Assembly (NCBI GenBank): GCA_018896765.1
Contig: JAHILZ010000061.1
Coordinates: 1 to 62,313, forward strand
DNA from: Patescibacteria group bacterium
GTDB taxonomy: Bacteria > Patescibacteriota > Minisyncoccia > JAHIHE01
Length of the DNA stretch: 62,313 nucleotides
Direction of reading: 5' to 3'
A model generated the notes under the pieces. That model was given only the letters and a program-made list of their open reading frames with translations. It was not told the DNA's origin and did not search any database. Both the position numbers and the translations under genes were made by a program. Position 1 is the stretch's first letter; each line of letters begins with the position of its first letter. Below are positions 1 through 11,382 of this stretch, piece by piece.

Positions 1-212
1 AACGCCAATGGAAAAATTATTGGAGCATAGGAAAAGAAAAATAAATACAAAAAAACAACATCGAAATGTTGAGAAGAGAAAATAATCTTTAGCTTAATTT
101 AAAAAAACGAAGTGTTCGGAATGACCCTTGTCGGTGCCTTATTCCTCCTAAAACAACAATATCACATAATAAGCTGATTGTCAAGTATTATTCATCCATA
201 AAAACATACATA

Positions 213-241
213 AACAAAAAGACGAGGAAAATTTCCCCGCC
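213..241 (-). terminator. Intrinsic terminator downstream of groEL
   Basis: On the minus strand GGCGGGG-AAATTTT-CCTCGTC forms a 7-bp stem with two G-U pairs, followed by a U-run; it lies about 50 nt after the groEL stop. Confidence 0.5.
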
Positions 242-288
242 TTTCTTCCAAAACTTTTAACTTTACACTTTTAACTTTCAGCTTCGCC

Positions 289-2047
<1,759 letters not shown>

Positions 2048-2051
2048 TATA

Positions 2052-2342
2052 TTATTTCAATATTGCAAGCAGATCTTCTTCCTTGACAACTAAATATTCT
2101 TTTGCGCCAATTTTTACTTCAGTCGGCGAATAGCGGGAAAAAAGCACTTTGTCCCCCGCTCGGACTTCCATTTTCGCGCGAGTTCCGTCTTTTAGCAGGC
2201 GCCCCGCGCCCACGGCGACAACTTTGCCTTGTTCGGGCTTTTCTTTTTCCACGGTGCCGGGCAAAATAATTCCCGATTTTGTGGTTTCTTCCGGAGAAAT
2301 TTGTTCCAAAACCACTCTGTCCCCCAATGGTTTGATATTCAT
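2052..2342 (-). CDS. groS: Co-chaperonin GroES
   Basis: 96 aa. Typical GroES (IKPLGDRVV..., mobile loop, EYLVVKEEDLLAI); immediately upstream of groEL. Confidence 0.95.
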   Translation of the reverse strand: MNIKPLGDRVVLEQISPEETTKSGIILPGTVEKEKPEQGKVVAVGAGRLLKDGTRAKMEVRAGDKVLFSRYSPTEVKIGAKEYLVVKEEDLLAILK

Positions 2343-2404
2343 AGTAATACGCTAACAAATAATATTTATCGCAATTAAAAATAAATTGTAATATTAATTA
2401 TTTG

Positions 2405-2560
2405 TTAAAATAAATTTTTTCTAATTTTAAATTTAGAATTTTAAATTTTGAATCAATTTTTAAATTTTAAATTTTAAAACATTTTGCTATTTCTCTATTT
2501 CAAAATTTGAACATTCAAAATTCATTCGAAATCCATAATTCAAAATTAGAAATTAATTAA
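2405..2560. repeat. Degenerate AT-rich leader repeat (family A) upstream of groES
   Basis: Contains TTCATTCGAAATCCATAATTCAAAATTAGAAATTAATT, similar to the well-conserved copies at 18968, 35425 and 60006. It lies between a TTGACT/TATAAT promoter-like site (about 2596-2624, minus strand) and the groES start. Confidence 0.4.
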
Positions 2561-2735
2561 TTAACGATTTAAAAAAACAATGCCTCCCCCTAGATATTAT
2601 ATTATAATACAAACGGCTTTATAGTCAAGAAGCAAAAGCGATAAGCCGCGCGATGGCATTTTCTCGCGCCCAGAAAACCCCCGCAATAAGGGGCGAGGTC
2701 GCGCGATTCTGCGCAAGTATGAAGTGAAGTTTTCG

Positions 2736-4163
2736 CTAATTCATTTTCGCTAACTGTTTAAAACTCTTTGGCTTGTATTTATCCCATTCTTCCTGCTTCA
2801 CATATAGCATTTTATATTCAATTTTTTTCTGTCGTTCGCTTGCATCTTCGCACCACTGCGCCAATCTTTTTATCTTTTCAATATCACCCAGATCCTCCCG
2901 TCCCTTTGTTTCCACAATATAAATAGTTTTATTGTCCGTCTTTACGAAAAAGTCGGGATAGTAACTGGAAATAGCCCCGCTTGCATTTTTATAATCAATC
3001 TTGAAATGAATTTCAAAATAATTTTTTGCGAAAGAAATCACATCGTCAGCGCCTTCTAAAAAGTCGGCAAATTCAAGTTCAAAATCACTATCGCCGACAA
3101 TTTTATTGAATACGCTTTTTTTAGGCAGTAAATATTTTTTATCAGTAACGACAAACAGCCTGGCGCAGCTTACTTTAAGATAATTTTTTATTTCCGTATC
3201 ACCGACATCTTGCACAGTCAGATTATTTATTTCCTTTTTAAATGTTTCCACAATAGTTTTTACTGCTTCCAATTCGGATAAATTTCTCAAAATATTTGCG
3301 TCATTAAGATCAACCCTTTTGCTAAATAAATCATCAGTGATAAATTCTTTTACTTTGCCAAAAAGTATGTCATAGCACCCGAAGAGACGCGGTTCTTTCA
3401 TTATTCTTTGCGCAAAAAATCCAACGACGCTTTGATAATTTGGTTCAACCGCGCTATTTAAAATTGTTGTATGGTGGATTTTATCATCAATCACTTCCTT
3501 AAAAACAATTTCTTTTTTTCTTCCTCGGAGAATTGCTTTACTAAAATCCTTTCATGTTTGAAATCGGCGATATTCAACAAATTAAGGTTCTTGTATTCTC
3601 TTTGAATCCTCGGGGTTAAAACCGGCAATTCAATATCTAAATTTTCAATATCTTTTTTTGCATTATGATTATCAATTTCAATAACGGTCGGCGTAATCGG
3701 CGAGCCGGAACGATCCATTTTTCGTTTTTCCGCTTCCGGTTGCCATTTTTATCACAAAGCGAAGCCAGTCTTCATCAAACATATTCGGCGAAACTCTGCC
3801 AAGTTTATCAAATGGAATTAAATCAAATTTATTTCTCGCTCCCTGAACATCGTAAATCCAAATAATCGTTTCTACCGCTTCTCTTTGCGCGAAATAGTAT
3901 TGGAAGGCGACACTCATCCCGTCTTTGGTAAAAATCGTGTGCGGTTCTTTAAACCACCAATTCAAAAGAGCTTTTGAAGTTTCGTTGGCACCCTCATAAT
4001 TATCCGCCCGCCACTTGGCTACTTTTTCCCGCAATTCCGGCACAAAAGGAGGCAAAAGTTTTTCATAGCCTTCCTTGCGCAAATCTTCCTCAGCAGGAAA
4101 CCACCTGATTGACGGATCAAGAATTTGAAATTTGTCTTTTGGAAAGTTTTTATGCAGTGCCAT
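2736..4163 (-). pseudogene. Disrupted Type III restriction enzyme Res subunit (helicase core missing)
   Basis: Three consecutive fragments in different frames. The N-terminal piece ends just after Walker A (ATGSGKTK). A 75-aa middle piece follows. The C-terminal piece carries the PD-(D/E)xK-like YYPDFFVKTD...IVETKG. Together they total about 500 aa versus about 900 expected; one frame break is near an A8 run at about 3511. Confidence 0.6.
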
Positions 4164-4204
4164 AAATATTTTGCTTAATTTAGTTATCCACACTTACTAT
4201 TGAC
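4121..4204. repeat. Direct repeat copy A (res 5' end and upstream)
   Basis: About 83 bp, nearly identical by eye to 5095-5177. It covers the first 14 codons (MALHKNFPKDKFQI) plus upstream sequence. Confidence 0.75.
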
Positions 4205-4341
4205 GAGAAACAGTCTTTGATATATCATTGCTATAGAAGTATGTAATAATAACTTATAAAATGCTGTGGTATTCCTCCGAAGAATTCGGAACAAAAGCTA
4301 CAAATAAACCATTATATAAGACACTACTTCTAACAAAATCC

Positions 4342-5037
4342 TCAATCGTTTGATTGAGATTTTTGTTTTGGGTATTTTTCATCCCAAATATCTTTGAATA
4401 ATTCCTTACCCGAACCTAAAAGATTATTTTTTAATATTTGATAACATTCGTTACCCAGTTCTTTTTTCTCTAGATATCTTGCCAGCGCTCCAACAATCCA
4501 ATCAGCGATTTGAATATTAACATTCTGCTCTGAATCAATCATTTCAATCTGCACAATAGACTTGCTAGACATTTGTGGCAATAATCTTGCTTTTAATATC
4601 TCTTTAAATTCTGATCTTTTAATTCCTTTTAAGTGTCTTTTGTCGCAAAAAACCCTAAATTCTAAATCATTTATCGGCAAATACATCTCCAATGCTTCTC
4701 CTATAATATTAGTGTATAAATGACCACTTTGTAATTTATCTTTTTTGTAATAATTTTGTGGAATATTTTTTCTCAAAAGATATGCAAAATAAATACGCAC
4801 ATCCAAATCAGCAATAAATTTCAAAGTTTTTAGCCGAAGGTTATCATCAATTTTTATTTCCGAAAATTTAATTTCTGGTTGATAGCGAAGCTTGCGAGGG
4901 AATTTAGTTCTTTGCCATGACCGAAATTGTTTTTCTGTTCTCCTGGAATCTCCAATAATAAAAGAAGCAGCGACAAAATATTTCTCGTTATTATGTTTTG
5001 TAAACTGACCGCTTTCATCAAGAAATATATGAGCCAT
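4342..5037 (-). CDS. DUF3800-family protein
   Basis: 231 aa. N-terminal IFLDESG and C-terminal IQIADWIVGA motifs are typical of DUF3800. Confidence 0.6.
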   Translation of the reverse strand: MAHIFLDESGQFTKHNNEKYFVAASFIIGDSRRTEKQFRSWQRTKFPRKLRYQPEIKFSEIKIDDNLRLKTLKFIADLDVRIYFAYLLRKNIPQNYYKKDKLQSGHLYTNIIGEALEMYLPINDLEFRVFCDKRHLKGIKRSEFKEILKARLLPQMSSKSIVQIEMIDSEQNVNIQIADWIVGALARYLEKKELGNECYQILKNNLLGSGKELFKDIWDEKYPKQKSQSND

Positions 5038-5094
5038 AAAATTATTTTTTACATGAACTTGTTCCAGATCTTTTTTTTATTACACAAGGCCAAA

Positions 5095-5177
5095 TTATTT
5101 GAAATTTATCTTTTGGAAAATTTTTGTGTAATGCCATAAAATTTGCTTAATTTAGTTATCCACACTCAACCTATTGA
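5095..5177. repeat. Direct repeat copy B (duplicated res 5' end)
   Basis: Encodes MALHKNFPKDKFQI and then diverges to a stop (MALHKNFPKDKFQIIWPCVIKKRSGTSSCKK). Together with copy A it flanks the DUF3800 gene. Confidence 0.75.
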
Positions 5178-5270
5178 TTTTTTAATATTTATATGCTATA
5201 TTTTATTTAATCACGCTCAGTGGATTAATCCATTGAGATACACATAAGTCCGAGGATTATATCCTTGGAT

Positions 5271-5840
5271 TTATTTTTTTATGGAATTTTCTAAATTATC
5301 AACGGAACAAGCGTAAAAAAGACTATTTCCTATACTATTATATTCTTTTCCTTTGTGCCCCTCGGCAAAAACTAAAATAACTTTTTTGCCTTTTTTAATT
5401 AAGTCTTCGGTCAAAGCAAAATAATCACCATCACCGCTAAACAGTAATAAAGTGTCATAACTATCAATCATATTTAACGCATCTCGTGTTATTTCTACGT
5501 CAAAGTCACATTTCCTTCTGTAAGCTGGTTTTTTAAGACTATCTTGGAGGTTACCTATGTCAATATTAAGATTTTTTAAATCACCGTCTAACCCCTCAAT
5601 TAATTCAAAAATTTCTTTTAATTCCTCTTCGCTAATATTTTCCTCTTCCAGATTCTGCAACTTTTTTATTTTTCTAGTTAAAACATATAATTTATTAGAA
5701 AGTTCAGAATTGGTATTTTTAACATTATCCAGAACATCAAATAATTTTTTTACAACTTCCTTAAAATGATTTTGTTGATTTAATAATACTGGTGTCCACT
5801 TTACTTCTTTTGAGATTACGCTAAAACCTACTTTTTCCAT
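5271..5840 (-). CDS. NYN/LabA-like domain protein with coiled-coil N-terminal half
   Basis: 189 aa. The C-terminal DVEITRDALNMIDSYDTLLLFSGDGDYFALTEDLIKKGKKVILV resembles the NYN (PIN-like) fold. The N-terminal half is Lys/Glu/Leu-rich. Confidence 0.5.
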   Translation of the reverse strand: MEKVGFSVISKEVKWTPVLLNQQNHFKEVVKKLFDVLDNVKNTNSELSNKLYVLTRKIKKLQNLEEENISEEELKEIFELIEGLDGDLKNLNIDIGNLQDSLKKPAYRRKCDFDVEITRDALNMIDSYDTLLLFSGDGDYFALTEDLIKKGKKVILVFAEGHKGKEYNSIGNSLFYACSVDNLENSIKK

Positions 5841-5980
5841 TTCGATTCTAAAATTCTCTGATTTTCTTTGTCCATATTAAAAAGCAAAAAACGGTATTTT
5901 TCCGGCAAAGGCTTGCCAGATTCCAAATACTTGATTATATCTCGTTTTTCGTTGTCGGTGAGTTTTAATTTATTATTCAT
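5828..5980 (-). pseudogene. N-terminal remnant of a Type III Mod DNA methyltransferase
   Basis: 50-codon ORF below the track cutoff: MNNKLKLTDNEKRDIIKYLESGKPLPEKYRFLLFNMDKENQRILESKWKK. The GKPLPEKYRFLLF...W.GK pattern is the N-terminus I recall for Type III Mod proteins. No methyltransferase domain follows, and it overlaps the NYN start by 13 nt. Confidence 0.45.
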
Positions 5981-6074
5981 AATTTTATTTTTAAACCAAA
6001 TCAAACTTTTTTTATTTTCCCTTGCAAATCATCCAAATTGCCAACAAAAGATAATTTTAAAAATTCATTCGTCG

Positions 6075-6386
6075 CTATTTCAATTTATAATAAGTGGCCT
6101 TGCCTTTGCCGGTTTTAACGAGAAGCTTTAGATCAATCAGCTTTCTAAAATCCAGATTTCTTGTCGCTTTAGCCCGCTTGATTAGCTGTGAATACTCTCT
6201 GTCCGTGATAAATCCCTTTTCCTTGATATAATCTATTATTTTTTGATGATGCTCTTTTAAAATAGTGTCCGGAGTGATAGCTTCTTTTTCCAATTCTTTT
6301 TTCAATCTGAGCAGTTCGTCAATAATGCCATCGGTGAAATATTCCAGCCAAGAGGTAAAACCGATCTTGTTTTTATTTAATTCCAA
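6075..6386 (-). CDS. Winged-helix protein resembling the C-terminal part of Fic-family proteins (no Fic core)
   Basis: 103 aa. TSWLEYFTDGI... followed by ITDREYSQLIKRAKATRNLDFRKLIDLKLLVKTGKGKATYYKL (wHTH). There is no HPFxxGNGR motif, and only 35 nt separate it from the upstream gene. Confidence 0.45.
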   Translation of the reverse strand: MELNKNKIGFTSWLEYFTDGIIDELLRLKKELEKEAITPDTILKEHHQKIIDYIKEKGFITDREYSQLIKRAKATRNLDFRKLIDLKLLVKTGKGKATYYKLK

Positions 6387-6421
6387 AGTTAATCATACCA
6401 AATTTTCCGCTTTTATTCAAC

Positions 6422-7522
6422 TTAAAAATTAACAAATTTCGCCATTTTTTCTTCCCACTTCCCGATAACTTCCGTCTCAATCAAAACCGGATGAAAAACC
6501 AAATTATTATCGTCATACCTAATGCGCGCATCGGGACTTTTTGTCAAAGGATTTTTCTCGATAAAAAATATTTGAAACTTCTTGATATATTTTTCAAAAT
6601 AATCTCCAACTAAACCGCAAAGCAAAAATTCAAAAAAATGCTTGATTTTGAGCGGCAATCCTTTCAGGGAAATCGCGCGCAAGTTTTTTTCCAAGCTTCC
6701 GGAAACGGAATAAGTATAATCTTTTATCCATGCATTTTCCTTAAAAAATTTCTTGTAAATATCAAGATCGCCCGCCAGCGGCAAAAGATTCAAATATTCT
6801 TCCGCCTTATAAAGATTGCCAAAATTTACGCCCAATGATCTATCGGTAATGTAATGATTGAGGCATAAGCGATTTTGGGTCTTGCCGGTATGCCGATACG
6901 CGCCGAACACAAGCGTAAAAAAAGTCAAAATCGCGCGCGTTGTCCAAATTCTTCCGTGTTTCGCGACAATTAATAAATCAATATCCGACTCTTTGTAAGG
7001 ATTTCCCAGCCCCATTGATCCGCTTAGCATTATCAGGCGGACAAAAGGAAGATAAGAAATAAAACGCAATATCCATTTTGTTTTCTTGAATTTTTGATCC
7101 ATCAGTTTTTTCTTCTGGATCCTTTGCTTGATTATTTCCTCGCGGCCGGCTAAAAAATAAAAACCGTTTTTTTGGCCGATAAATTGCTGTAAATACTGAC
7201 TATTGTCTAATACCTTTAATACTTCATAAAAAGACGGCTTGGCTTGATTAATTTCTTTTTCAATATTAGATATTGGATATTGGATATTTTCTTCCGTTTT
7301 TTGATTTTGGTCTGTATTTTTGGTCTTTGGTTTTTCCTGCCTGCCGATAGGCATGGAATTTTTGACTTCGAAATTTATTAAGTAATAATAAATTTCGGTT
7401 GCCGTCAGCGGATAATTGAAATAATCGTAATATGCGATTGTGGCGAAAATAGATCGCTCAATGCTCGATATTGGATATTTGATATTTGATATTGAAAAAT
7501 TTTGCTGATTTTGGTTTGACAT
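6422..7522 (-). CDS. Nucleotidyltransferase-fold hypothetical protein
   Basis: 366 aa. GS...DxD signature LSGSMGLGNPYKESDIDLLIV. It also contains an internal duplicated YPIS(N/S)IE peptide encoded by GATATTGGATAT-type repeats. Confidence 0.5.
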   Translation of the reverse strand: MSNQNQQNFSISNIKYPISSIERSIFATIAYYDYFNYPLTATEIYYYLINFEVKNSMPIGRQEKPKTKNTDQNQKTEENIQYPISNIEKEINQAKPSFYEVLKVLDNSQYLQQFIGQKNGFYFLAGREEIIKQRIQKKKLMDQKFKKTKWILRFISYLPFVRLIMLSGSMGLGNPYKESDIDLLIVAKHGRIWTTRAILTFFTLVFGAYRHTGKTQNRLCLNHYITDRSLGVNFGNLYKAEEYLNLLPLAGDLDIYKKFFKENAWIKDYTYSVSGSLEKNLRAISLKGLPLKIKHFFEFLLCGLVGDYFEKYIKKFQIFFIEKNPLTKSPDARIRYDDNNLVFHPVLIETEVIGKWEEKMAKFVNF

Positions 7523-7733
7523 TTTGTAAAATTTAGTATATATTTATGTATCGCATTGCCCAAATTCGCGCATCCCCCGACTGAATTTTCTTGCTATAGC
7601 AAGAAAATTCAGTCGTTTTATTTTTACTTGGATAATTGGTATTACCAAAGTGTTTTAAAGAAAAACCAAAATCCCCATTGCCAGGAAATTCAACCTCTGA
7701 GTTTTCCGCGCAAGTTCGTGATTCGTGAAAATT

Positions 7734-7763
7734 CGAGATAAAATTCGCGATTGATTAGTGATT
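7734..7763. repeat. Half copy of family B element overlapping the uvrA stop
   Basis: GAGATAAAATTCGCGATTGATTAGTGATT matches the right arm of the 1958 and 32483 elements. The last uvrA codons (KNH-stop) lie inside it. Confidence 0.55.
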
Positions 7764-10670
7764 TTTCAGCGCTTTCTTCAAAAACCGCCCCGTATAGCTC
7801 CTCTTCACTTTTGCCACCTGCTCCGGCGTTCCTTGCGCCACGATTTCGCCGCCCTTGTCTCCGCCTTCCGGACCCAAATCGATAATCCAGTCGGCGTTTT
7901 TAATTATATCCATATTATGCTCGATCAAAAGCACGGTGTTGCCGCGGTCCACCAGCTGGCTCAAAACATTCAATAAATTCCGCACGTCTTCCGGATGCAA
8001 ACCGACTGTCGGCTCATCCATAATATAAAGAGTGGTTCCCTGCTTCTCCGGACGCGAAAGCTCGGATGCCAGCTTAATTCTTTGGGCTTCGCCTCCGGAC
8101 AAATGCGTGGCTGGCTGGCCGAGACGCAAATATCCCAAGCCCACTTTTTCCAGCAACGAAAGCTGACTGGCCAAAGCGCTGTCTTCGGCAAAAAAGCTCA
8201 GCGCCTCTTCTGCCGACATTTCCAAGACTTCGGCAATATTTTTTCCTTTATACTTGATTCTCAAAGTGTCTTCCGTGTATCTTGCGCCGTTGCAATCCTC
8301 GCAAGGCACATAAACATCGGAAAGAAAATACATTTCCACTTTTTTTACGCCGTCCCCCTTGCACGATTCGCAGCGCCCGCCTTTGACATTAAAACTAAAA
8401 TGTCCGATTTTATAGCCCAATCTTTTTGCTTCGGGAAGATCTGTAAAAATTTCCCTGATTCGATTGAATAATCCCGTATAAGTGGCGGCGTTCGAGCGAG
8501 GAGTCCGTCCAATGGGATTTTGATTGATGCGGATGACTTTTTTCAAATTTTCAACGCCGATAATTTTTTTATGCCGCCCTGCTTCATCCTTGGCGTTATA
8601 AAAACGCTTGCTTAAATATTTGCCCAAAATATCATCAATCAAAGTGCTTTTCCCGGAACCGGAAACGCCCGTAAAGCAAACTAATTTTCCCAAAGGAATT
8701 ACGATATCGATATTTTTCAAATTAAACTCGGCGGCGCCAAAAATGCATAAAGAATTTTTTTTGTCAATTTTGCCGACCTGCTTTCTGGCGCGAGTTATCA
8801 GTAATTTTCCGGACAAATATTGCCCGGTATAGCCTTTGCTTTTCGCCACATCTTTCAATGTTCCGCTAGCCATAATATTGCCTCCTGTTTTTCCGGCGCC
8901 CAGCCCGATATCGACAATCCAGTCGGCCGCCCTGATAAAAGCCTCATCATGCTCTACTACCAGCACCGAATTGCCTAAATCGCGAAGTCTGAGAAGCATT
9001 TTGATAATTTTCTCATTATCGCGCGGATGGAGCCCGATCGACGGCTCGTCAAAAACATAAAGAATGCCTGACAAAGACGCTCCTATCTGAGCCGATAGTC
9101 TCAGTCTCTCGCTCTCGCCGGCGCTCAAAGTGTCCGAAGCGCGAGCCAGCATCAAGTAGCCCAAATTTATCTCGGTAATTATTTGGGTGCGCAAAATAAT
9201 TTCTTTTAAAATCGGAGCGATAATTTGGTCATTTGCCTTTAATTCGCCGCCTTTGCTCTTTTTAGCGCTTTTTGCCTTCTTATCGGCGCCAATAGAACTT
9301 CCGGAAAATTCATTCTTAAAATAGCCGTATAACTTCTCGATCGGCATTTGAACAAAATCATCAATTGATTTATCGCCTATCCGAACCGCCAAAGCTGTTT
9401 TATTCAACCTCTTGCCTTGGCAATCGGGGCAAATCCTCTTCACCATATATTGCTCAATCTCCGCTTTTATAAATTCGGAAGCGGTTTGGCGATACTTGGC
9501 TTCAATCAGCGGAACAACTCCGCGCCACGCTTCTTCTTGAGGATTTCGGGCCAATAAAGAAGCGCCATCGCTCTTTAGCTTCTGGCCATACAGCACCATG
9601 TCCAGCGCTTCCTTCGTTAAACGAACCAAGGGAACATCAACCGAAAAATTTAATCTTTTTGAAGCTTCGTTTAGCGCTTGAAAATCATTTTGCCAAGAAT
9701 TCCACGAACTTCTCCATGGCTTGATCGCTCCTTCCGCGAGCGTCAGTTTGAAATTGGGAATGATCAAGTCCGCTGAAACTTTTAAAACCATTCCTAAGCC
9801 GGTGCAGGCAGGGCAAGCTCCGGAAGGATGATTGAAAGAAAACATCCGCGGCGATAAATTTTCCATCGTAAAATCGCATTCTTCGCAATAAAATTTCGCG
9901 CCGTACCGCTTCTCCCGGCCGCCAGCGCTTGCCACCAAACTGTCTTTCCCGTATTTCAAAGCCGAAACGATCACGTCTCTCAAGCGATTCTTTTCATTAA
10001 AAGATTCAAAAAGACTGCTTTCGATTATTTCTTCAATCAGCAAAAAAACTTTCTCTTTATTATTCTTGATTTTCGGCAAAAATTCATTTACGGGAATAAT
10101 CCCCTCGCTTGTTTTAATCTTAAAAAATCCTTCCGATTTTGCCTCGTTTAATAATTTTAAGGATGGGCTTGATCCCAAAGGGGAAAAAATAAAAATCTTA
10201 GCGCGGCCATCCTTCTTAATTTTAATTATTTCATTGTAGATTTCCAGCGGCGTATATTTGATAAGCGCCTTGCCGCAGCCCGGGCAATGCTGCGCTCCGG
10301 CCCTGGTAAAAAGCAGCCGCAAATAATCATAAATTTCCGTCATCGTGCCCACGGTTGAACGGGATGTCCGGATGCAATTTTTCTGATCAATGGCAATGGC
10401 GGGGCTCAAACCCTGAATTTCATCCACCTCCGCCGAATTCTTGCTGCTTGCTATTTTTCCAAAATCTCCGGATAAATTTTCAAGATACCGCCTTTGCGCC
10501 TCGGCATAGATCGTGTCAAAAGCCAGCGATGATTTTCCGCTCCCGGAAAGTCCGGTGAGAACTACAAGCTGATTGCGCGGAATATCGAGAGAAATATTTT
10601 TTAAATTATGCGTGCGGGCTCCCCGAATTTTTATTACTTGCCTGGAATTAACGGAAAGTTTTTGTTTCAT
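7755..10670 (-). CDS. uvrA: Excinuclease ABC subunit A
   Basis: 971 aa. Two ABC ATPase modules (GLSGSGKSSLAF, GVSGSGKSTLI), zinc-finger CxxC pairs and typical UvrA signature sequences. Confidence 0.97.
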   Translation of the reverse strand: MKQKLSVNSRQVIKIRGARTHNLKNISLDIPRNQLVVLTGLSGSGKSSLAFDTIYAEAQRRYLENLSGDFGKIASSKNSAEVDEIQGLSPAIAIDQKNCIRTSRSTVGTMTEIYDYLRLLFTRAGAQHCPGCGKALIKYTPLEIYNEIIKIKKDGRAKIFIFSPLGSSPSLKLLNEAKSEGFFKIKTSEGIIPVNEFLPKIKNNKEKVFLLIEEIIESSLFESFNEKNRLRDVIVSALKYGKDSLVASAGGREKRYGAKFYCEECDFTMENLSPRMFSFNHPSGACPACTGLGMVLKVSADLIIPNFKLTLAEGAIKPWRSSWNSWQNDFQALNEASKRLNFSVDVPLVRLTKEALDMVLYGQKLKSDGASLLARNPQEEAWRGVVPLIEAKYRQTASEFIKAEIEQYMVKRICPDCQGKRLNKTALAVRIGDKSIDDFVQMPIEKLYGYFKNEFSGSSIGADKKAKSAKKSKGGELKANDQIIAPILKEIILRTQIITEINLGYLMLARASDTLSAGESERLRLSAQIGASLSGILYVFDEPSIGLHPRDNEKIIKMLLRLRDLGNSVLVVEHDEAFIRAADWIVDIGLGAGKTGGNIMASGTLKDVAKSKGYTGQYLSGKLLITRARKQVGKIDKKNSLCIFGAAEFNLKNIDIVIPLGKLVCFTGVSGSGKSTLIDDILGKYLSKRFYNAKDEAGRHKKIIGVENLKKVIRINQNPIGRTPRSNAATYTGLFNRIREIFTDLPEAKRLGYKIGHFSFNVKGGRCESCKGDGVKKVEMYFLSDVYVPCEDCNGARYTEDTLRIKYKGKNIAEVLEMSAEEALSFFAEDSALASQLSLLEKVGLGYLRLGQPATHLSGGEAQRIKLASELSRPEKQGTTLYIMDEPTVGLHPEDVRNLLNVLSQLVDRGNTVLLIEHNMDIIKNADWIIDLGPEGGDKGGEIVAQGTPEQVAKVKRSYTGRFLKKALKNH

Positions 10671-11171
10671 ATGCAGGTTTTGTTTTTACTCTATTAAAAT
10701 CATTAGCGCTGGCATTTTAATCGCTTTATTATAGACTATAATTAATAATTAATCAACCCCGTTGGAAGTCTGGGTGTAAAATTAAATTGTCGCAAATACA
10801 AGTATGTAGCTATTACGCGCAAAATATTTATTGCTTATCGCAGAAAAATTTAGTAAAATTTTTCTGCCAAAGACTTCTAACGGGGTCAAGAGCCGAGATT
10901 AAAAAAACTCAAGTATAATAAACACGACAATAAAAATGGCGGAACCCTTAACATTTTTAAAAACAGGAGTATGCTGAAGTATTTAAATGCTCTTTTATAA
11001 ATAATTTACCGGCCGCAAAAGTTCGTTTATTTAATTGCGAATTTCTGCGGCCGGTAAACATCTTTTACCGGCCATATACACGATATGGAGCGTGAAAATA
11101 ATGAAAGAAACAATAGGTTGCTGGGTTTACTGGTGGCTTTGCTGCTATGATGCGGCAAAAAAGTTTACGCC

Positions 11172-11288
11172 ATGGGGGTGTTTACTGTGAGACTTGAAAA
11201 CAAAGTCACAATCATCACCGGAGCGGGAAGCGGTATTGGAAAAGAAACCGCAATCCTGTTCGCAAAAGATGGAGGACTGGTAATATAA
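11172..11288 (+). pseudogene. N-terminal remnant of a short-chain dehydrogenase/reductase
   Basis: MGVFTVRLENKVTIITGAGSGIGKETAILFAKDGGLVI-stop. It has the TGxxxGIG Rossmann motif but only 38 codons, and sits in a locally GC-richer patch. Confidence 0.5.
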
Positions 11289-11382
11289 CCGGATATAATT
11301 AAAAAGGAAGAAAAGGATTTGATCCTGATCTTCCTGTTTTTTTTATAAAAAATTTTTTTTCGTAAAAATGATGCCGCCGAAT

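Noticed and set aside
2343-2625. Searched for a CIRCE/HrcA operator (TTAGCACTC-N9-GAGTGCTAA) upstream of groES
   Set aside because: No match to either half-site on either strand. Only the AT-rich family A repeat and a promoter-like TTGACT/TATAAT are present.
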